A DNA stretch of 64,000 nucleotides from assembly GCA_964481465.1 (NCBI GenBank), contig CAYZTL010000016.1, positions 13,553 through 77,552 on the forward strand. The letters run 5' to 3'. The position numbers and the translations under genes are program-made. Origin of the DNA: an uncultured Anaerolineales bacterium. Lineage in GTDB: Bacteria > Chloroflexota > Anaerolineae > Anaerolineales > UBA11858. The notes under the pieces were generated by a model that did no database searches, had not been told where the DNA came from, and was given only the letters and a program-made list of their open reading frames with translations. This document shows positions 14,088 to 24,478 of this stretch, piece after piece (position 1 is the first letter of the stretch; each line of letters begins with the position of its first letter).

Positions 14088-14837
14088 TTATGCAGCCGCA
14101 GCCGCCACTTCCTCCCGGCCGACCCGATAAGCCTGGGCGAAAAGGGCGCTGCCGACGATCAAGAAGTAGACGCTCAAGGCGCCCATCACAAAAGGGTAAA
14201 GACAGCACAGAACTACTGTGAAGATCAGGAATTGGGACGCGTAGTAGGCGACCATGCCCCCACCGAAGAGGAGCAAGAAGGAAATCAGAAACCCATCCCA
14301 ATTGGCGCGGAAGATGGACCACCATTCTTTGAAGCGGAACCCAGCCCCAAAATCCCGCTCCACCACAGCGTGACAACCCGCCACAGGGAGGAAGACGCTG
14401 GTAATAAAGGCCAACAGAACCCCTAACCCGATCAGCCCAAAGCCGACCAGATAACTGACCAGGATGGAGGCCACACTTGCCCCTTCCGAAATCAGGCTGG
14501 ATTCCAAGGTCAGAACGGAGAGGATCATGACCCCATAACCCAAGACCATCAAGAGCAGAAAGGGAAGGGAATACACAAATCCCACGCCAAAAAGGCGAAA
14601 ACCGTGGTTGAAGATCCGGGTGAGGTCATCCCAGGCGGGAAGGGACGGTTCACCCTCCTCCACGACCTTGAGGATGATCAAAGCCCCATATCCCAAGAGG
14701 AGCACGTATGGGAGAACGGGGATGAAGCCTAAAAAGACCCACAGGCAGGCAACGAGCAGTTTACTTACCCAACGCTCATCTTGAAAGGGAAAGCTGAGGA
14801 TGGTTTTCAAATGATCTGTGGTCACACGCCCTTCCAT
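14088..14837 (-). CDS. DUF4013-family membrane protein
   Basis: N-terminus ...ILSFPFQDERWVSKLLVACLWVFLGFIPVLPYVLLLGYGALIILKVVEEGEPSLPAWDD matches my recollection of the DUF4013 pattern. Multi-TM. AGGAGG RBS. Confidence 0.75.
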   Translation of the reverse strand: MEGRVTTDHLKTILSFPFQDERWVSKLLVACLWVFLGFIPVLPYVLLLGYGALIILKVVEEGEPSLPAWDDLTRIFNHGFRLFGVGFVYSLPFLLLMVLGYGVMILSVLTLESSLISEGASVASILVSYLVGFGLIGLGVLLAFITSVFLPVAGCHAVVERDFGAGFRFKEWWSIFRANWDGFLISFLLLFGGGMVAYYASQFLIFTVVLCCLYPFVMGALSVYFLIVGSALFAQAYRVGREEVAAAAA

Positions 14838-15082
14838 GATTTCCTCCTATAATTAAGCCCAACAACTTGTTCCATTATACCCAATTCTCCTCCCTCTCCG
14901 TGAAAACTGGACCTTTGAGAGAGGGATGGGAACCGCTCCAGGTCTTTAATGAGCTCAATCATGTCCTACGGTAAAACTGGGGGCCTGAAAAGGGGCAAAA
15001 AAGGGCCATTTCCCCCCTTAATGCGCTTTTAAGGGAGCATTTTGGGACCCCGAAAGCCCCTTTTTCGATCCCGTATATCATC

Positions 15083-15111
15083 CTAACAGTGGGCGATAAA
15101 ACTGGTATAAT
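15083..15111 (+). promoter_or_regulatory. Putative mreB promoter (CTAACA, 17-nt spacer, extended -10 TGgTATAAT)
   Basis: TATAAT at 15106-15111 preceded by TGG. Weak -35. AAGGAG RBS lies downstream before the GTG start. Confidence 0.45.
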
Positions 15112-15140
15112 CTACCTGGTATTAAAAAAGGAGCGAAATC

Positions 15141-16208
15141 GTGGCATTTTCTCCCTTCGACTGGCTGTTGGGACGCTTTTCACTGGACATCGGCATCGAT
15201 CTCGGCACCGCAAACACGTTAATCAACGTCCGCGGGAAGGGGATCGTCATCAATGAACCCTCCTGGGTAGCGATCAACAAGCGGACGAATGAGCCCATCG
15301 CCATTGGAGCTGCTGCGAAAGAGATGGTCGGCCGGACGCCGGCCGACGTCATTGCCATTCGCCCCCTCCGGGACGGGGTGATCTCCGAATTTGAGATCAC
15401 GGAGGCGATGCTGGAATACTACATCGCCAAAGCCCACCAGCAGAGCATCGTGCCCGTACCCCGCCCCCGGGTGGTGATCGGCATCCCCGCTGGCGTCACC
15501 GCGGTGGAGAAACGGGCCGTGTACGACGCCTCCATGGCAGCGGGCGCCAGGCAAACCTTCCTCATCCCAGAACCGGTCGCTGCCGCCCTAGGTGCAGGGT
15601 TGCCCATTGATGAAGTGAGGGGCAGCATGGTCGTGGACATCGGCGGCGGGACTTCCGAGGTGGCCATCATGTCCATGGGGGGCGTGGTCGCCTCGCGCTC
15701 CTTGCGGGTCGCCGGAGATGAGCTGGATGAGGATATCATTCAATACGTGCGCAATAAGTACAACATCCTCATCGGCCAGGGGATGGCGGAAGAGGCGAAA
15801 ATCGCCGTCGGTTCCGCTTACCCATTGAAAGAGGAAAAGACGACCACGGTCCGGGGGCGCAACCTGATCACCGGCCTGCCGGATTCCGTGGAGATCTCCT
15901 CCATCGAACTCCGGGAGGGGATCGCGGATTCCGTCCAGACCATCATCAACGTCATCAAGGACTCCCTGGATGAAACCCCGCCGGAAATCATGGCGGATTT
16001 AATGGATACCGGGATTTGCCTCGCAGGCGGCGGAAGCCAACTGCAGGGATTGGATCAACAGCTGACCGATGAATTATCCTTCCGGGCCTGGTTAGCGGAA
16101 GACCCCATCAGCTGTGTGGCCCGGGGCGCAGGCATCGCTTTAGAAGAATTTGAGAAGTGGAAGGGCCTTTTCGTGGGCCTGGAACGCCAGCCGACCAAGC
16201 AGGAATGA
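15141..16208 (+). CDS. mreB: Rod-shape protein MreB
   Basis: DIGIDLGTANTLINVRGKGIVINEPS... and VVDIGGGTSEVAIMS are actin-fold motifs. Followed by mreC and mreD. Confidence 0.95.
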   Translation: MAFSPFDWLLGRFSLDIGIDLGTANTLINVRGKGIVINEPSWVAINKRTNEPIAIGAAAKEMVGRTPADVIAIRPLRDGVISEFEITEAMLEYYIAKAHQQSIVPVPRPRVVIGIPAGVTAVEKRAVYDASMAAGARQTFLIPEPVAAALGAGLPIDEVRGSMVVDIGGGTSEVAIMSMGGVVASRSLRVAGDELDEDIIQYVRNKYNILIGQGMAEEAKIAVGSAYPLKEEKTTTVRGRNLITGLPDSVEISSIELREGIADSVQTIINVIKDSLDETPPEIMADLMDTGICLAGGGSQLQGLDQQLTDELSFRAWLAEDPISCVARGAGIALEEFEKWKGLFVGLERQPTKQE

Positions 16209-16330
16209 GCGATCAGACCTTATTTTTCTCTTATGGCATAACCCACCCCTTGACGACGATCTGAACAGAACCTCAGGGAAAAGGTGGCCGGCAGCGCACC
16301 CGCTCCCTTGATGATCACACACCCTGATTT

Positions 16331-17179
16331 ATGAACGACCAGTTTCCAAATTCCATCCGCATATTCGTGTTCAGTTTACTGGCTTTGGGGGTCTTCCTGC
16401 TCGCCTTAGGGGGTTACATCCCCCCTTTAACTCGGGCTGTACTCACCCCTCTGACATCCACCCAAACCTGGTTTTCCCGCCAATTCAAAGGACTGGAGGA
16501 TTTCTTCTCCGCGCCCCGGGATGTGGCCCTCATCCGCCAGGAAAGCGAGAAACTGGAAGCGGAGAACGCGCGCCTGGAAGCCCAAATCGTCGAGCTCCAG
16601 CAGCAGCTTTTGGAGTATGAGATCCTGTCCGCGCTGCTTGACTTCGCCCGCGCGCAGCCGGAGCATAAATACTTGGGCGCCACGGTGATCGGCAGGGACC
16701 CCAGCCCATTCCTGAACTACATCATCATCAACCGGGGTTCCGATGACGGGCTGCAGCGGGGAATGCCGGTCGTTTCCCAGAACGGTCTGGTAGGGCGGGT
16801 GGCGCAGGTGACCGCCAAAGGCGCCCGGGTGCAGCTGATCACCGACCCGCGGGTGAAAATCAATGTCCGCGTCCAACCCTCGCGCAGCGAAGCGGTCCTG
16901 ACCGGGACGATCACGGGTGACATCCGCCTGGAGCAAATCCCCCAAGACGCTGCTGTATCCCCGGGGAACCTGATCCTCACCTCCGGGTTGGGCGGAAATT
17001 ACCCTGCAAACATCATCGTCGGCCAGGTGACCAGCGTCAGGAGCCCGGAATACGCGCTCTTCCAAAGCGCCTCTGTGCAGCCGGTGACAGATTTCACGGA
17101 CCTGGACATCGTCATGGTGATTACCAACTTCAATCCCGTAGACGTCAGCCCCCTGATTCCCACCCCGGAATCCCCCTGA
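16331..17179 (+). CDS. mreC: Rod-shape protein MreC
   Basis: N-terminal TM, coiled coil (ESEKLEAENARLEAQIVELQQQL), then GMPVVSQNGLVGRV. Position after mreB. Confidence 0.9.
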   Translation: MNDQFPNSIRIFVFSLLALGVFLLALGGYIPPLTRAVLTPLTSTQTWFSRQFKGLEDFFSAPRDVALIRQESEKLEAENARLEAQIVELQQQLLEYEILSALLDFARAQPEHKYLGATVIGRDPSPFLNYIIINRGSDDGLQRGMPVVSQNGLVGRVAQVTAKGARVQLITDPRVKINVRVQPSRSEAVLTGTITGDIRLEQIPQDAAVSPGNLILTSGLGGNYPANIIVGQVTSVRSPEYALFQSASVQPVTDFTDLDIVMVITNFNPVDVSPLIPTPESP

Positions 17180-17209
17180 GCTCCCACTACTAAGATACAC
17201 GTTAATGAA

Positions 17210-17713
17210 ATGATATCCATTCTGCTCAGCATTCCATTCTTAAGCCTGATCGCCATCATCCAAACTTCGATCGTCAGCCGGATGCCTTTGCTTCAGGGGA
17301 CGGCAGACCTGGTGATGGTGGTCATCATCGCCTGGGCCCTCCAGGAACGGGTGAAACATCCCTGGCAGTGGGCGATCACAGGAGGGATCATCACCGATTT
17401 TTTCTCCGGCCTTCCTTTTGGGATTTACACCCTCAGCTATCTGACCCTGGTCCTATTCGCCCGGCTGTTGGGCCGCCGGTTATGGCAATTCTCATTTTTG
17501 ATTCAGCTATTTCTGACTCTGCTTGGTACAATGTTCATACACTTGATGACCACCCTGGTGATCTTCCTCCAGGGGACAAGGTTGGAGGTCATCCCTGTGC
17601 TGCAGTCAATCACGCTTCCCAGTTTGCTGTTGAATTTGATGCTCACGATCCCTGTATATATCATCATAGGAGATTTAGCCAGTCAAATTTATCCGCAAGA
17701 AATTAAATTATGA
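17210..17713 (+). CDS. mreD: Rod-shape protein MreD
   Basis: 167-aa polytopic ORF between mreC and mrdA. Assignment rests mainly on position and topology. Confidence 0.8.
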   Translation: MISILLSIPFLSLIAIIQTSIVSRMPLLQGTADLVMVVIIAWALQERVKHPWQWAITGGIITDFFSGLPFGIYTLSYLTLVLFARLLGRRLWQFSFLIQLFLTLLGTMFIHLMTTLVIFLQGTRLEVIPVLQSITLPSLLLNLMLTIPVYIIIGDLASQIYPQEIKL

Positions 17714-19815
17714 AGAACACGTCCACAATCAGAAACAAAATCGAAGATAACCGTTTCCTCTCCTTCGCCATCCTGGTGGGGAGTATATTTTTGATCTTCA
17801 TTTTCCGTTTATTCACAATCCAGATCCTCAACGTGGAGACCTGGAAAGCCCAGGCGGAAGAGAACCGTCTGCGGGAGATCAACCTCGCCCCAGCCCGGGG
17901 GGTGATCTTCGACCGCAACGGTATCGTCCTGGCCCGGAATGTGGCCTCCTACAATGTGGTGGTCATCGCGGCGGAGCTGCCGGATGACGAAGGGGCGGTG
18001 CAGGACATCGTCCGCTCCCTGGCGAAATACATCGATGTGCCTATCAACCAGGGTGAAATCACCCTGGAAAACCCGTTCGTCCCTTGCTTATCCAACCACG
18101 GCATCTCCCAAATCATCCGCTACGGGGAGCAGAGTGCCCCTTACCGGGAAGTGAAAATCGCCTGCGACATCGACGAAACGGCAGCCAAACTCATCCAGGA
18201 AAACGCCCTCGATTGGCCCGGGATCTCTGTGGAAATTGAACCCGTGCGCGAGTACCCAACCGGGGATCTGACCGCGAATTTCGTCGGCTTTCTGGGGCCC
18301 ATTCCCAGCGCGGAAGAGGAGTATTATACGGAACGGGGCTTCGTCGCCGCCCGCGATAAAGTCGGCTATGCGGGACTGGAACTGTCCTACCAATCCATCC
18401 TCTCCGGGAAGCCGGGTAAGCGCCTGGTCGAGGTGGACGTAGCGGGAAAGATCATCCGCGACGTGCAGCCTGTCATCCCTTCCATTCCCGGACAAAATAT
18501 TTACACTACCATCGATACCCGCCTGCAGCAGGCGGCGGAATCCATCCTACTCAAAGAGATCAACGACTGGAACCAGTACCTCAGAGAAATTCAGATGACC
18601 AGCGGCGTGGTGGTGGCCATGAACCCCCAAACGGGCGAAGTGCTGGCTATGGTCTCCTACCCCACCTATGAAAACAACCGCATGGCCCGCTTCATCCCCG
18701 CCTATTACCTGGAACAGCTCAACGCGGACGTCAGAGATCCCCTCATCAACCAGGCGGTGGCCGCGGAAATCCCCGTGGGCTCCGTGTTCAAAATCGCCAC
18801 CGCGGTCGGCGCGCTCAACGAAGGGGTGGTCGACCCTGAGCAGGTGATCACCACACCTCCGGAGATCAAACTGGTCAACAAATACACGCCCAATGACCCC
18901 AGCCGGAGCCGGACCTACGTGGACTGGAAGGATGAGGGCTTTGGAGAGTTAGATTTCCTGGGAGGGATCGCCAACTCCAGCAACGTCTACTTCTACCAGC
19001 TCAGCGGCGGGGACGCGGAGGAGACGGGAAGCGGCGTCCCCGGCGAGGTGCCGGAGGGCCTGGGCATCTGCCGGATCGGGACCTACGCCCGGGCCTTGGG
19101 TTACGGCGAGAATCCGGGCATTGAACTCCCCTACCAAGAAAACGGGATCATCCCCTCGCCGAAGTGGAAGCGCATCGCCCACGGGGAGAACTGGTCCACG
19201 GGCGACACCTACATCACTGGCGTAGGCCAGGGATTTGTGACCGCCACCCCCCTGCAGGTCTTGATGTCCGGGGCGACCATCGCCAACGACGGGGTGGTGG
19301 TGAAACCGACCATCATCCGGGAGATCACGGACGAAAGAGGGGAGGCCATCGTCCCCTTCCAGGTGGAGGAAAAATGGGACATCACGAAGGACCCGGTCAT
19401 CGACGTTTTCATCAACCCCACCAGCGCAGGGGGATGCGAGGCGAAGTTAACCGGCGAGAAAACCACCGTCCAACCCTGGGTGGTGGAGAAAGTCCAGGAG
19501 GGGATGCGCATGGCAGTCACGGATGGCACCTTGGAAGATCCCTTCGAGAATATAGGCATCCCGGCTGCCGGGAAGACAGGCACGGCAGAATACTGCGACA
19601 CCTTCGCCAACGAGAAGGGGCTCTGTGTTTACGGTCGCTGGCCCTCCCATGCCTGGACGGTAGCTTATGCCCCCTACGAGAACCCGGAGATCGCGGTGGT
19701 AGCCTTTGTGTACAACGGCAAAGAAGGCGCCAGTGTGGCCGCTCCCATCGTCCGGCGGGTTATAGAGGCCTATTTCGAGCTGAAAACCATCGACACCAGA
19801 GCAGGAAATCCCTGA
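17710..19815 (+). CDS. mrdA: Penicillin-binding protein 2 (elongasome transpeptidase)
   Basis: Intact motifs GSVFK (SxxK), SSN, KTGTAE. ATGA overlap with mreD. Confidence 0.9.
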   Translation: MKNTSTIRNKIEDNRFLSFAILVGSIFLIFIFRLFTIQILNVETWKAQAEENRLREINLAPARGVIFDRNGIVLARNVASYNVVVIAAELPDDEGAVQDIVRSLAKYIDVPINQGEITLENPFVPCLSNHGISQIIRYGEQSAPYREVKIACDIDETAAKLIQENALDWPGISVEIEPVREYPTGDLTANFVGFLGPIPSAEEEYYTERGFVAARDKVGYAGLELSYQSILSGKPGKRLVEVDVAGKIIRDVQPVIPSIPGQNIYTTIDTRLQQAAESILLKEINDWNQYLREIQMTSGVVVAMNPQTGEVLAMVSYPTYENNRMARFIPAYYLEQLNADVRDPLINQAVAAEIPVGSVFKIATAVGALNEGVVDPEQVITTPPEIKLVNKYTPNDPSRSRTYVDWKDEGFGELDFLGGIANSSNVYFYQLSGGDAEETGSGVPGEVPEGLGICRIGTYARALGYGENPGIELPYQENGIIPSPKWKRIAHGENWSTGDTYITGVGQGFVTATPLQVLMSGATIANDGVVVKPTIIREITDERGEAIVPFQVEEKWDITKDPVIDVFINPTSAGGCEAKLTGEKTTVQPWVVEKVQEGMRMAVTDGTLEDPFENIGIPAAGKTGTAEYCDTFANEKGLCVYGRWPSHAWTVAYAPYENPEIAVVAFVYNGKEGASVAAPIVRRVIEAYFELKTIDTRAGNP

Positions 19816-19897
19816 CAGTTCGTGCTATAATCTGAAAATAAGAACATGTATTCTACAAAACAAGCCTGTTTTCACGATTCAGGCTGGAGATTGGGGA

Positions 19898-20578
19898 ATG
19901 CAGACAAAAGACATCGAAATTAAAGGGATCAGGGACGGCATTCTGGTGGAAATCGGCCCCGGAAACTGGCATAAACGAGAAAAAGCCCTCCTGGAACACA
20001 TCAGAAACAACAAAGAGTTCTTCGAGGGGGGTCGTTTAGCCCTGGACGTCGGGAACCACAAGTTGAAAGCGGATCACCTGGTCTCCTTGCGGAATGCCCT
20101 CTCCGACCAAAATGTGACCTTATGGGCTGTGAAAAGCACATCCCTGGTCACGGAGCGGACGGCCCAAAATCTGGGCTTGTCGATCCGCATCCGCCAATCC
20201 ATTTCGGATAAGGATAAGGAGATCACATCCTCGACTATCGAGGGAGAGGAGGCGGTATTCGTGCACCGCACCCTGCGTTCGGGGCACAAGGTCAAGCACC
20301 CTGGTCACGTGGTCGTTTTAGGGGATGTCAATCCCGGCGCGGAGGTTATCGCCGGGGGCAACATCATCGTTTGGGGGCGCTTGCGCGGCACCGTGCACGC
20401 GGGCGCCCGGGGGGATCAGGACGCGGTGGTCTGCGCCCTGGAGCTGTCCCCCACCCAACTGCGGATCGCGGATAAAATCAGCATCTCCCCCGCAGAGGAA
20501 AAGCGGTTAGAACCCGAGATCGCCCAACTCAAAGAGGGCCAGGTGATCGCCAGTACCTGGGACGCCAAAGCGAGATAA
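19898..20578 (+). CDS. minC: Septum site-determining protein MinC
   Basis: C-terminal beta-helix region HRTLRSGHKVKHPGHVVVLGDVNPGAEVIAGGNIIVWGRLRGTVHAG. Followed by minD and minE. Confidence 0.9.
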   Translation: MQTKDIEIKGIRDGILVEIGPGNWHKREKALLEHIRNNKEFFEGGRLALDVGNHKLKADHLVSLRNALSDQNVTLWAVKSTSLVTERTAQNLGLSIRIRQSISDKDKEITSSTIEGEEAVFVHRTLRSGHKVKHPGHVVVLGDVNPGAEVIAGGNIIVWGRLRGTVHAGARGDQDAVVCALELSPTQLRIADKISISPAEEKRLEPEIAQLKEGQVIASTWDAKAR

Positions 20579-20602
20579 CGGCAGGCTAGAGAGGAATTGT
20601 GT

Positions 20603-21406
20603 ATGGCAGCTAAAATCATCACCATCACATCTGGGAAGGGTGGGGTTGGGAAAACAACCGCCACCGCGAATATCAGCGCAGCCCTCGCCAAGGACGGGCA
20701 TCAAGTGGCCTGCATTGACGCGGATATCGGGCTGCGCAATTTGGATGTGGTCATGGGGCTCGAAAACCGGATCGTGTACGATCTGGTGGACGCCGTTGAA
20801 GGTCGCTGCCGGCTGCAGCAAGCCATGATCAAGGATAAACACATCCCCGGGTTGTTCTTAATCCCCTCTGCCCAAACCCGGGACAAAACCGCGGTCTCCC
20901 CCACCGATATGGTCCGTCTGTGCGACGAACTGCGGTCCAAGGTGGATTACATCCTCATCGATTCCCCGGCAGGCATTGAGCGCGGATTTCGAAACGCGCT
21001 CGCTCCAGCGGACGAGGTGATCGTGGTCACCAACCCTGAAGTCTCCGCCGTAAGGGATGCAGACCGCATCATCGGGATCATCGAAGCGGAAGAGAAGGGC
21101 CCGGGGATGTTATTGATCAACCGCTTGAACCCTGAAATGGTGCGCCAAAAAACTATGATCTCCGCGGACGATGTGGTTGATTTACTGGCCATCCAGCTCA
21201 TCGGCATCATCCCGGAAGACAAGAACGTGATCATCAGCACCAACACCGGGGTCCCCGTAGCCCTGGATGGGAAGAGCGTGGCTGGTGAAGCGTACCGCAA
21301 CGTCAGCCGCCGGCTCCAGGGGGAATCCGTCCCATTCCTAGACCTGAACAAACAAAGCGGGCTCTTCGGTTTGATCTCCAACGTATTCGGAACAGGAGAA
21401 AAATAG
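20603..21406 (+). CDS. minD: Septum site-determining ATPase MinD
   Basis: MAAKIITITSGKGGVGKTT is the deviant Walker A. I prefer the ATG at 20603 (GAGAGG RBS) over the track's TTG at 20597. Confidence 0.95.
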   Translation: MAAKIITITSGKGGVGKTTATANISAALAKDGHQVACIDADIGLRNLDVVMGLENRIVYDLVDAVEGRCRLQQAMIKDKHIPGLFLIPSAQTRDKTAVSPTDMVRLCDELRSKVDYILIDSPAGIERGFRNALAPADEVIVVTNPEVSAVRDADRIIGIIEAEEKGPGMLLINRLNPEMVRQKTMISADDVVDLLAIQLIGIIPEDKNVIISTNTGVPVALDGKSVAGEAYRNVSRRLQGESVPFLDLNKQSGLFGLISNVFGTGEK

Positions 21407-21407
21407 C

Positions 21408-21674
21408 ATGGCTAACTTTCTCACCCGTTTGTTCTCTAAAGAACCCAGCAGCGCAAAACAGGCCAAAGAGCGATTACAGTTGGTACTCATCAATGACCGG
21501 ACCAATCTCACACCAAAGACGATGGATTCTTTAAAGGATGACCTCCTGGATGTGATCTCCCGGTACATCAAAATTGACCCGCAAGCTGTGAAAATAGACA
21601 TCGCCCAGGAGGGGCGACAGCAGCGTTTAATCGCTGACATCCCCATTGTCGGTGGAGAACAGCGCAGATATTAG
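21408..21674 (+). CDS. minE: Topological specificity factor MinE
   Basis: 88 aa, ...AKERLQLVLINDR.... Directly follows minD. Confidence 0.9.
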   Translation: MANFLTRLFSKEPSSAKQAKERLQLVLINDRTNLTPKTMDSLKDDLLDVISRYIKIDPQAVKIDIAQEGRQQRLIADIPIVGGEQRRY

Positions 21675-21677
21675 CCT

Positions 21678-22820
21678 ATGCGAAACATCTCCTGGCGTCA
21701 TTTCGATTTCTGGCTTTTAGGAGCGGTGGCCTTCCTGACCATCTTCGGCGTGGCCATGATCCGCTCCGCCATCGCTGGCAATCCCACCCTCGTGGAAGCC
21801 AATACGACCGCCAAGCAAATGATCTTTGCCGCGGTCGGTTTTGCGGTGATGATCCTCACCGCGATCATCGACTACCGCTACTGGAGCGCGGTAAGCAACT
21901 TCCTCTACCTGTTCACCGCCGGCATCCTGGCTGTCCTCTATCTCTTCGGGGCCGCCCTCTTCGGATCCCGGCGCTGGTTTACAGTAGGACCCATCCTGAT
22001 CCAGCCTTCGGAGATCGCAAAAATCATCATCATCCTCATCCTGGCGGATTTCTTCTCCAAAAACATGGAAAAGATCAACCGGCCCCTGACCATTTTGCGC
22101 AGTTTGCTGGTCACCGCGGGGATCATGATCTGGGTCCTGATCCAGCCCGACCTGAGCACTTCGATCGTCATCCTCGTCCTCTGGTTCGCGCTGCTGTGGG
22201 CCAGCGGGTTGAAAGTCAAACAACTGCTCATCGCCAGCGGGGCGGGGATCATGGCTTTGGTGATGGGCTTCCCCCTCATGCTCCTCAGCTACAACCCCGA
22301 GCAAACCGGGGGTTTGATCAAGCCCTACCAAATCCGACGGATCATCAACTTCCTTTTTCCCGACCCAGACGCCAGCTATGGGGCGATTTACAACGTCCAA
22401 CAAGCCCTGATCAGCATTGGCTCCGGAGGATTGTTGGGCAGGGGGTACGGTAGCGGCTCGCAAGTACAGCTCCGCTTTCTGAAAGTACGCCATTCCGACT
22501 TCATTTTCTCCGCCCTTGCTGAGGAGTTCGGTTTCGCCGGGGCGATGGTCGTCCTCCTCCTGCTGGCCTTCATCATCTACCGCTGCCTGCGCGCTGCCCG
22601 ACTGGCGGGTGATACCTACGGCGCGTTGACCGCTTACGGCGTCTCCGCCTTGATCACCTTCCAGACCATCGTCAACATCAGCGTGAACCTCAAACTCCTC
22701 CCGGTGACCGGCCTGACCCTGCCTTTCGTGAGTTACGGCGGGAGCTCTTTGATTACCCTGTTCATCGGCATCGGTCTGGTGGAAAGCATCATCCTCCGCC
22801 ATAAAGAATTGGAATTCTAG
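21678..22820 (+). CDS. rodA: SEDS-family peptidoglycan polymerase RodA
   Basis: FtsW/RodA/SpoVE-type polytopic protein (...IQPSEIAKI..., ...HSDFIFSALAEEFGF...). Called RodA from its position in the mre/mrdA/min cluster. Confidence 0.85.
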   Translation: MRNISWRHFDFWLLGAVAFLTIFGVAMIRSAIAGNPTLVEANTTAKQMIFAAVGFAVMILTAIIDYRYWSAVSNFLYLFTAGILAVLYLFGAALFGSRRWFTVGPILIQPSEIAKIIIILILADFFSKNMEKINRPLTILRSLLVTAGIMIWVLIQPDLSTSIVILVLWFALLWASGLKVKQLLIASGAGIMALVMGFPLMLLSYNPEQTGGLIKPYQIRRIINFLFPDPDASYGAIYNVQQALISIGSGGLLGRGYGSGSQVQLRFLKVRHSDFIFSALAEEFGFAGAMVVLLLLAFIIYRCLRAARLAGDTYGALTAYGVSALITFQTIVNISVNLKLLPVTGLTLPFVSYGGSSLITLFIGIGLVESIILRHKELEF

Positions 22821-22891
22821 CTGTCATCCCTTCTCAGGAAGCTCGCACAGCTTGGGAATAACGCCCTTTTAAACCTTGAATGGGAGCTTTT

Positions 22892-24394
22892 ATGACCAGA
22901 TCACCAAAACCAGCCCGGGTTCGCTTCGCCCCCTCCCCCACTGGATATCTGCACATCGGGGGAGCGCGCACCGCATTATATGACTACCTGCTTGCCAAAC
23001 AAACCGGGGGATCTTTCATCATGCGTATTGAAGATACCGACCAGAAGCGCTATGTGGAGGATTCGGAGAAAGACCTCATGCACTCCCTGCGCTGGCTGGG
23101 CTTGGAATGGGACGAGGGTCCAGACAAAGGCGGCCCGCACACCCCGTACCGGCAGTCAAAGCGCAAATCCATCTACCAGGACCACGCCGTAAAATTGGTT
23201 GAAAAAGGCCAGGCCTATTACTGCTTTTGCTCGCCTGAGCGGCTGGACCGCATCCGGGAAGAACAAATCGCCCGGGGCGAAAACCCCAGATACGACCAAA
23301 AATGCAGGCATATCGATCCCCAAGATTCAGCCCAACGGGTCGAAAACGGTGAACCCCATGTGATCCGCTTCAAAGCCCCCAATCAGGGGACGACCACTGC
23401 CCACGACCTGCTGCGCGGGGAGATCACGGTCGAGAATAAAACCCTGGACGACATCATCCTCATCAAGTCAGACGGGTTGGCCGTCTACCACCTGGCCGCC
23501 ATGGTGGATGACCACTTGATGGACATCACCCATGTCATCCGCGGCGCGGAATGGCTGCCCACCTTCCCGGTTCACAAGCTGATTTATGATGCCTTTGGAT
23601 GGGAGGAGCCCGTTTGGGTTCACCTCTCCCTGCTCCTCAAACCGGACGGGAAAGGGAAATTGAGCAAACGGGATATGGAAGAGGCCCGCCAAAAAGGGCA
23701 GCCGATTTTCGTCAAGGACATGGAGGAGTTTGGGTATTTACCGGAAACAGTCAACAACTGGCTGGCACTCATGGGCTGGAGCTATGACGACCGGACGGAG
23801 TTCTTTCCGATGGAGGATTTGATCGATAAATTCAGCCTGGAGAAACTGAATCCCTCCCCGGCGGCGATCAATTTCAGCAAATTGGACCATTTCAACGGTT
23901 TGCACATCCGGAATCTGAATGTGGAAGAGTTTGCGCAGCGCATCAAGCCTTACTTCGCACGGGAAGGGTATGAAGTGGATGAGGAGATTCTGCCCGATGT
24001 GGCCGCAGCTATTCAGACCCGGACGGGGAAATTAACCGAGGTCACCGATATGGCTGGGTTCTTCTTCGAGGAGGATGTGGACCTGGTTCCAGAGCGGATC
24101 ATCAGCGAGAAGATGAGCGCCTCCCAGGCAGCGTACGCAGCCCAGCGGTTGAGCCATCTTTTTCAAGAAGTCCCGGTCATCACCCGGGACACAGCCGAGA
24201 AACCGCTCCGGGAGCTGGCCGATGAGCTGGATCTGAAGGCAGGCCAGCTGTTCAGCTTGCTTCGTGAAGCCCTCACCGGTCAAAAAGTCAGCCCTCCGCT
24301 TTTCGACATCATCTCCATCCTCGGCAAGGAAACCGTCATCGAACGCCTGGATGGGGCTGCGATGACTCTCAGAGATTTGGCGGAGGGAGATTGA
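22892..24394 (+). CDS. gltX: Glutamyl-tRNA synthetase
   Basis: RFAPSPTGYLHIGGART (HIGH motif) and GKLSKR (KMSKS motif). I prefer the ATG at 22892 (GGGAG RBS) over the one at 22880. Confidence 0.95.
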   Translation: MTRSPKPARVRFAPSPTGYLHIGGARTALYDYLLAKQTGGSFIMRIEDTDQKRYVEDSEKDLMHSLRWLGLEWDEGPDKGGPHTPYRQSKRKSIYQDHAVKLVEKGQAYYCFCSPERLDRIREEQIARGENPRYDQKCRHIDPQDSAQRVENGEPHVIRFKAPNQGTTTAHDLLRGEITVENKTLDDIILIKSDGLAVYHLAAMVDDHLMDITHVIRGAEWLPTFPVHKLIYDAFGWEEPVWVHLSLLLKPDGKGKLSKRDMEEARQKGQPIFVKDMEEFGYLPETVNNWLALMGWSYDDRTEFFPMEDLIDKFSLEKLNPSPAAINFSKLDHFNGLHIRNLNVEEFAQRIKPYFAREGYEVDEEILPDVAAAIQTRTGKLTEVTDMAGFFFEEDVDLVPERIISEKMSASQAAYAAQRLSHLFQEVPVITRDTAEKPLRELADELDLKAGQLFSLLREALTGQKVSPPLFDIISILGKETVIERLDGAAMTLRDLAEGD

Positions 24395-24436
24395 AGGGCC
24401 CCTAAATATTTCCTCCTACCAATCATATCTAAACAA

Positions 24437-24460
24437 AAAACGCCCCCTGCGGGGCGTTTT
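24437..24460. terminator. Bidirectional intrinsic terminator between convergent gltX and glnS
   Basis: Perfect AAAACGCCCC-ctgc-GGGGCGTTTT. It provides a U-tract on both strands. Confidence 0.85.
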
Positions 24461-24478
24461 CACTTTCCAGCGCTTCAT

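Noticed and set aside
16427-17200. 257-aa minus-strand ORF opposite mreC
   Set aside because: Arg/Gly/Asp/His-rich antisense artefact. mreC on the plus strand has clear family features and operon context.
19826-19831. TGcTATAAT extended -10-like element upstream of minC as an internal promoter
   Set aside because: No acceptable -35, and it overlaps the last codons and stop region of mrdA. It is plausible, but I could not support it beyond the hexamer, so it is not listed as a feature.
21717-22802. 361-aa minus-strand ORF opposite rodA
   Set aside because: A highly charged low-complexity translation in a GC-rich antisense frame. The plus-strand SEDS protein is unambiguous.
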